Below, piece after piece: positions 61,218-64,000 of a stretch of DNA of 64,000 nt (the first letter of the stretch is position 1; every line of letters begins with the position of its first letter). The notes beneath the pieces were generated by a model. It was not told where the DNA came from and did no database searches. It saw only the letters and a list, made by a program, of their open reading frames with translations. Made by a program: the position numbers and the translations under genes. The DNA is from Spirochaetaceae bacterium (GTDB taxonomy: Bacteria; Spirochaetota; Spirochaetia; DSM-2461). Location of the stretch: the NCBI GenBank assembly GCA_051531975.1, contig JAOPTT010000018.1, positions 1 through 64,000 of the forward strand. The letters are read 5' to 3'.

Positions 61218-62387
61218 TTATAGAAAACTTACATCTGCATTATAGTCAACATCATCGAAACCAAAACCATGAAGTTTTAGAAAGTCAGATTTGTATGATT
61301 CAATGTCAGTTGTTTCTATTAAAGTTTCTGATGTAATTGAGTCCCAATGTTTAGCAATTTCTGCTTGAACATCTTCTCTCATTTCCAGGTCATCTAATCT
61401 AAGTCTACCAACTTCATCAACAATAACATTAGAACCATTGTAGATTTTCTCTACAAACATTCTTTGCATTTGCTCTATGCATCCTTCATGAATACCTTTT
61501 TCTTTCATAATTTTAAATAACAATGAAATATATAAAGGAACAACAGGAATAACTGATGAACTTCTAGTTACTAATGCTTTATTTACAGAAACCCAAGCAT
61601 TACCACCTAAGTCTTTAACATAATCTGTAATCTCTTTAGCTGTAGCTTCTAAATGTTCTTTAGCTTTACCAATAGTTCCCTTTCTATATACTGCCATAGT
61701 TAATTCAGGGCCAATATATGAGTATGCTAAAGTTTTAAAACATTCTTCTAGAACATCAGCTTCTTTTAAAGCTTTAATCCACAACATCCAATCTTCTCCA
61801 CCCATAACTTTTACAGTTGGAGCAATTTCAGATTCCTCTGCAGGGTTAATAGATACTTCTGTTACAGTTCCTTTTTCTGGATTTACTGTTTTTGCTGTAT
61901 ATACTTCACCTAGTGGTTTAAGACAAGATCTGTATAATTCTCCAGTATCGGGATCAGGACGTACTGGTGATGCTAATGAATATACAATCATATCAACTTT
62001 ACCAAATAGTTCTTTAATTCTTTCAATAGCTATTTTTCTTGTTTCATGACTAAATGCATCTGCATTAATACTTTCTGCAATTAATCCTGCAGATTTAGCT
62101 TTCTCATCAAATGCTCTGCTATTGTAAAATCCAGGTGTAGCCGGTCTTTTTTCAGTTCCCTCTTTTTCAAATGAAATGCTTAAAGTACCTGCATCTGATC
62201 CATATGCTAAAGATATTCTAGAAGATAATCCATAACCAGTTGAACCACCTACAACTAATACTTTTTTAGCTCCGTCAAATTTAGGTTGTGATTTCACAAA
62301 ATCTATCTCTGTTTGTACTGAATGTGCACACCCAACTGGGTGAGCTGTCATACATATACCATTTCTAATTCTTGGTTCTACTATCAT
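61218..62387 (-). CDS. fabV: Enoyl-ACP reductase FabV / trans-2-enoyl-CoA reductase
   Basis: AHPVGC, GGSTGYGL, YSLASP, VMGGEDW, YSYIG, HEGCIEQ. Confidence 0.96.
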   Translation of the reverse strand: MIVEPRIRNGICMTAHPVGCAHSVQTEIDFVKSQPKFDGAKKVLVVGGSTGYGLSSRISLAYGSDAGTLSISFEKEGTEKRPATPGFYNSRAFDEKAKSAGLIAESINADAFSHETRKIAIERIKELFGKVDMIVYSLASPVRPDPDTGELYRSCLKPLGEVYTAKTVNPEKGTVTEVSINPAEESEIAPTVKVMGGEDWMLWIKALKEADVLEECFKTLAYSYIGPELTMAVYRKGTIGKAKEHLEATAKEITDYVKDLGGNAWVSVNKALVTRSSSVIPVVPLYISLLFKIMKEKGIHEGCIEQMQRMFVEKIYNGSNVIVDEVGRLRLDDLEMREDVQAEIAKHWDSITSETLIETTDIESYKSDFLKLHGFGFDDVDYNADVSFL

Positions 62388-62390
62388 CTC

Positions 62391-63623
62391 TTAATCCTCA
62401 AACTGCTTAAATATAAGTGAACCATTATGTCCACCAAAACCTAATGAATCTGTTAAAGCTGCTTTAATCTCGCCTTTAACACCTTTTCCTTTCACATAGT
62501 CTAAATCACACTTTTCATCTTCTGTTTCTAAACCAATTGTAGGAGGGAAGTAGTTGTTATTGATTGCTAAGATAGAAAGAATTGCTTCTATTCCCCCAGC
62601 TGCACCAACACAGTGTCCCGTCATTCCTTTAGTAGAAGAAACTTTTAATTTATATGCATGTTCACCAAAAGCAGTTTTAATTGCGTTTGTTTCAATAGGA
62701 TCATTTTTAGGTGTTGAAGTACCATGAGCGTTAATATATTGGATATCTTCTGGCTCCATACCTGCATCTTTTAATGCAACCATCATTGATCTTGCACCAC
62801 CTTCACCATCAGGAGATGGAGCAGTAATGTGTCCAGCGTCACAAGTTTGACCATAACCTGCAAGTTCAGCATAAATATGTGCACCTCTTGCTTTTGCATG
62901 TTCTAACTCTTCTAAGATTACGACACCAGCACCTTCACCTAAAGTAAATCCATCTCTATCTTTATCAAATGGTCTACAAGCTGTTTTGGGATCATTATTT
63001 GTAGTTAAAGCTTGGATTTTACAGAAACCATCAATTGCTAATAATGATATTGGAGCTTCCATTCCACCAGTAATAACCATATCAGTTTGGCCACATCTAA
63101 TAGACATTAAAGCATTACCAATTGCATCTGTTCCTGCAGCACAAGCTGTAACAACGGCATGACACGGACCTTTTATTCCATGCATAATAGCAACGTTAGC
63201 AGGGCCTTCGTTTAAAATAAGTTTTGGAATTGTCATAGGAGCTACACTTTTATCTCTAAAAATCTGTCTATAACCATCTTCAATTACTTCAAATCCACCA
63301 ATTCCATTACCCAAAATAACACCGGCTCTATAAGGGTCGAATGTTCCATCTTTTAAACCTGCATCATCCATTGCTTCTTTCGCAGCAACACATGCAAATT
63401 GTGTAAATCTGGCCATCTGTCTAGCAGCTCTTTTGTCAATAAAATCAGATGCTTTCCAATCTTTAACTTCTGCTGACACTTTTGAAGGAAATCTTTCTAC
63501 ATCAACTAAAGTTGTAGGCCCAATTCCACACTCTCCATTCTGAACTGCTGTCCATGTATCTTTAACGTTTTTTGCAAGTGGGTTTACTGTTCCCATTCCT
63601 GTTACAACGACTCTTCTTCTCAT
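62391..63623 (-). CDS. fabF: 3-oxoacyl-ACP synthase II
   Basis: VVVTGMG, TACAAG, NAHGTST, GFGGHN. Confidence 0.97.
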   Translation of the reverse strand: MRRRVVVTGMGTVNPLAKNVKDTWTAVQNGECGIGPTTLVDVERFPSKVSAEVKDWKASDFIDKRAARQMARFTQFACVAAKEAMDDAGLKDGTFDPYRAGVILGNGIGGFEVIEDGYRQIFRDKSVAPMTIPKLILNEGPANVAIMHGIKGPCHAVVTACAAGTDAIGNALMSIRCGQTDMVITGGMEAPISLLAIDGFCKIQALTTNNDPKTACRPFDKDRDGFTLGEGAGVVILEELEHAKARGAHIYAELAGYGQTCDAGHITAPSPDGEGGARSMMVALKDAGMEPEDIQYINAHGTSTPKNDPIETNAIKTAFGEHAYKLKVSSTKGMTGHCVGAAGGIEAILSILAINNNYFPPTIGLETEDEKCDLDYVKGKGVKGEIKAALTDSLGFGGHNGSLIFKQFED

Positions 63624-63649
63624 TTTAAAATCCTTAAAATTAAGTTAAT

Positions 63650-63864
63650 AGCTACCAACTAGGTAGCTTTCAGAAAAACAACCCAAAAAGGTTACCTTCG
63701 GAAAAACAACCCAAAAAGGTTACCTTCGGAAAAACAACCAAGAAAGGTTACCTTCGGAAAAACAACCAAGAAAGGTTACCTTCGGAAAAACAACCAAGAA
63801 AGGTTACCTTCGGAAAAACAACCATTCAGGTTACCTTCGGAAAAACAACCATTCAGGTTGTTTT
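63650..63864. repeat. Tandem array of 27-28-bp hairpin units
   Basis: Core AGGTTACCTTCGGAAAAACAACC at 63689, 63717, 63745, 63773, 63801, 63828, plus a degenerate copy at 63661; linkers CAAAA x2, AAGAA x3, ATTC x2. Confidence 0.97.
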
Positions 63865-64000
63865 ACATATTTAATCCACCATTAATACCAAGTACCTGAC
63901 CGGTCACATATTTTGACATATCAGATGCTAAAAACAGTACAGCGTTTGCAATATCGTCTGCTTCACCAAAAGATGCTAAAGGAATTGCAGCTTTATAGTT
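63863..64000 (-). CDS. fabG: 3-oxoacyl-ACP reductase, C-terminal 45 aa (truncated by the window edge)
   Basis: [45 protein letters not shown]; upstream of fabF. Confidence 0.88.
   Translation of the reverse strand, partial: NYKAAIPLASFGEADDIANAVLFLASDMSKYVTGQVLGINGGLNM

Noticed and set aside
63661..63864. CRISPR array (tempting given the Cas2-like gene)
   Set aside because: Linkers are only 4-5 nt and recur in blocks rather than being unique 25-45-nt spacers; no leader or adjacent cas genes

Overview
AT-rich chromosomal backbone of a spirochete, probably a free-living Spirochaetaceae member. This is inferred from gene content: solo groES, a ThrRS-N/uridine kinase fusion, FabV, PPDK, ComFB and DUF3996-like barrels. 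It carries ffh-rpsP-khpA-rimM-trmD-rplS, groES, an RpoS-like sigma factor, ppdK, mutL, a STAS/anti-sigma pair, tRNA-Met, a DEAD-box helicase, rnfCDGEAB, prfB with a +1 frameshift, ftsY, lolCDE-like genes, clpC, asnS, thyA-folA and fabG-fabF-fabV. No integrase, transposase, prophage or CRISPR array was seen. Most interesting: (1) a 7-copy tandem array of hairpin+U-tract units between fabG and fabF, varying almost only in the loops; (2) a 1364-aa secreted protein with SprA/Sov (T9SS translocon)-like motifs; (3) an orphan Cas2-like gene heading the prfB operon; (4) two sigma54 promoters, one before the RpoS-like sigma and one before a PspG-like membrane protein; (5) an EetA/EetB/FmnA-like trio that could supply flavin to Rnf; (6) recurrent leaderless promoter architecture; (7) a collapsed chemotaxis operon with an unannotated cheR relic; (8) several probable pseudoenzymes. 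All family assignments come from motif recognition by eye; no searches were run.
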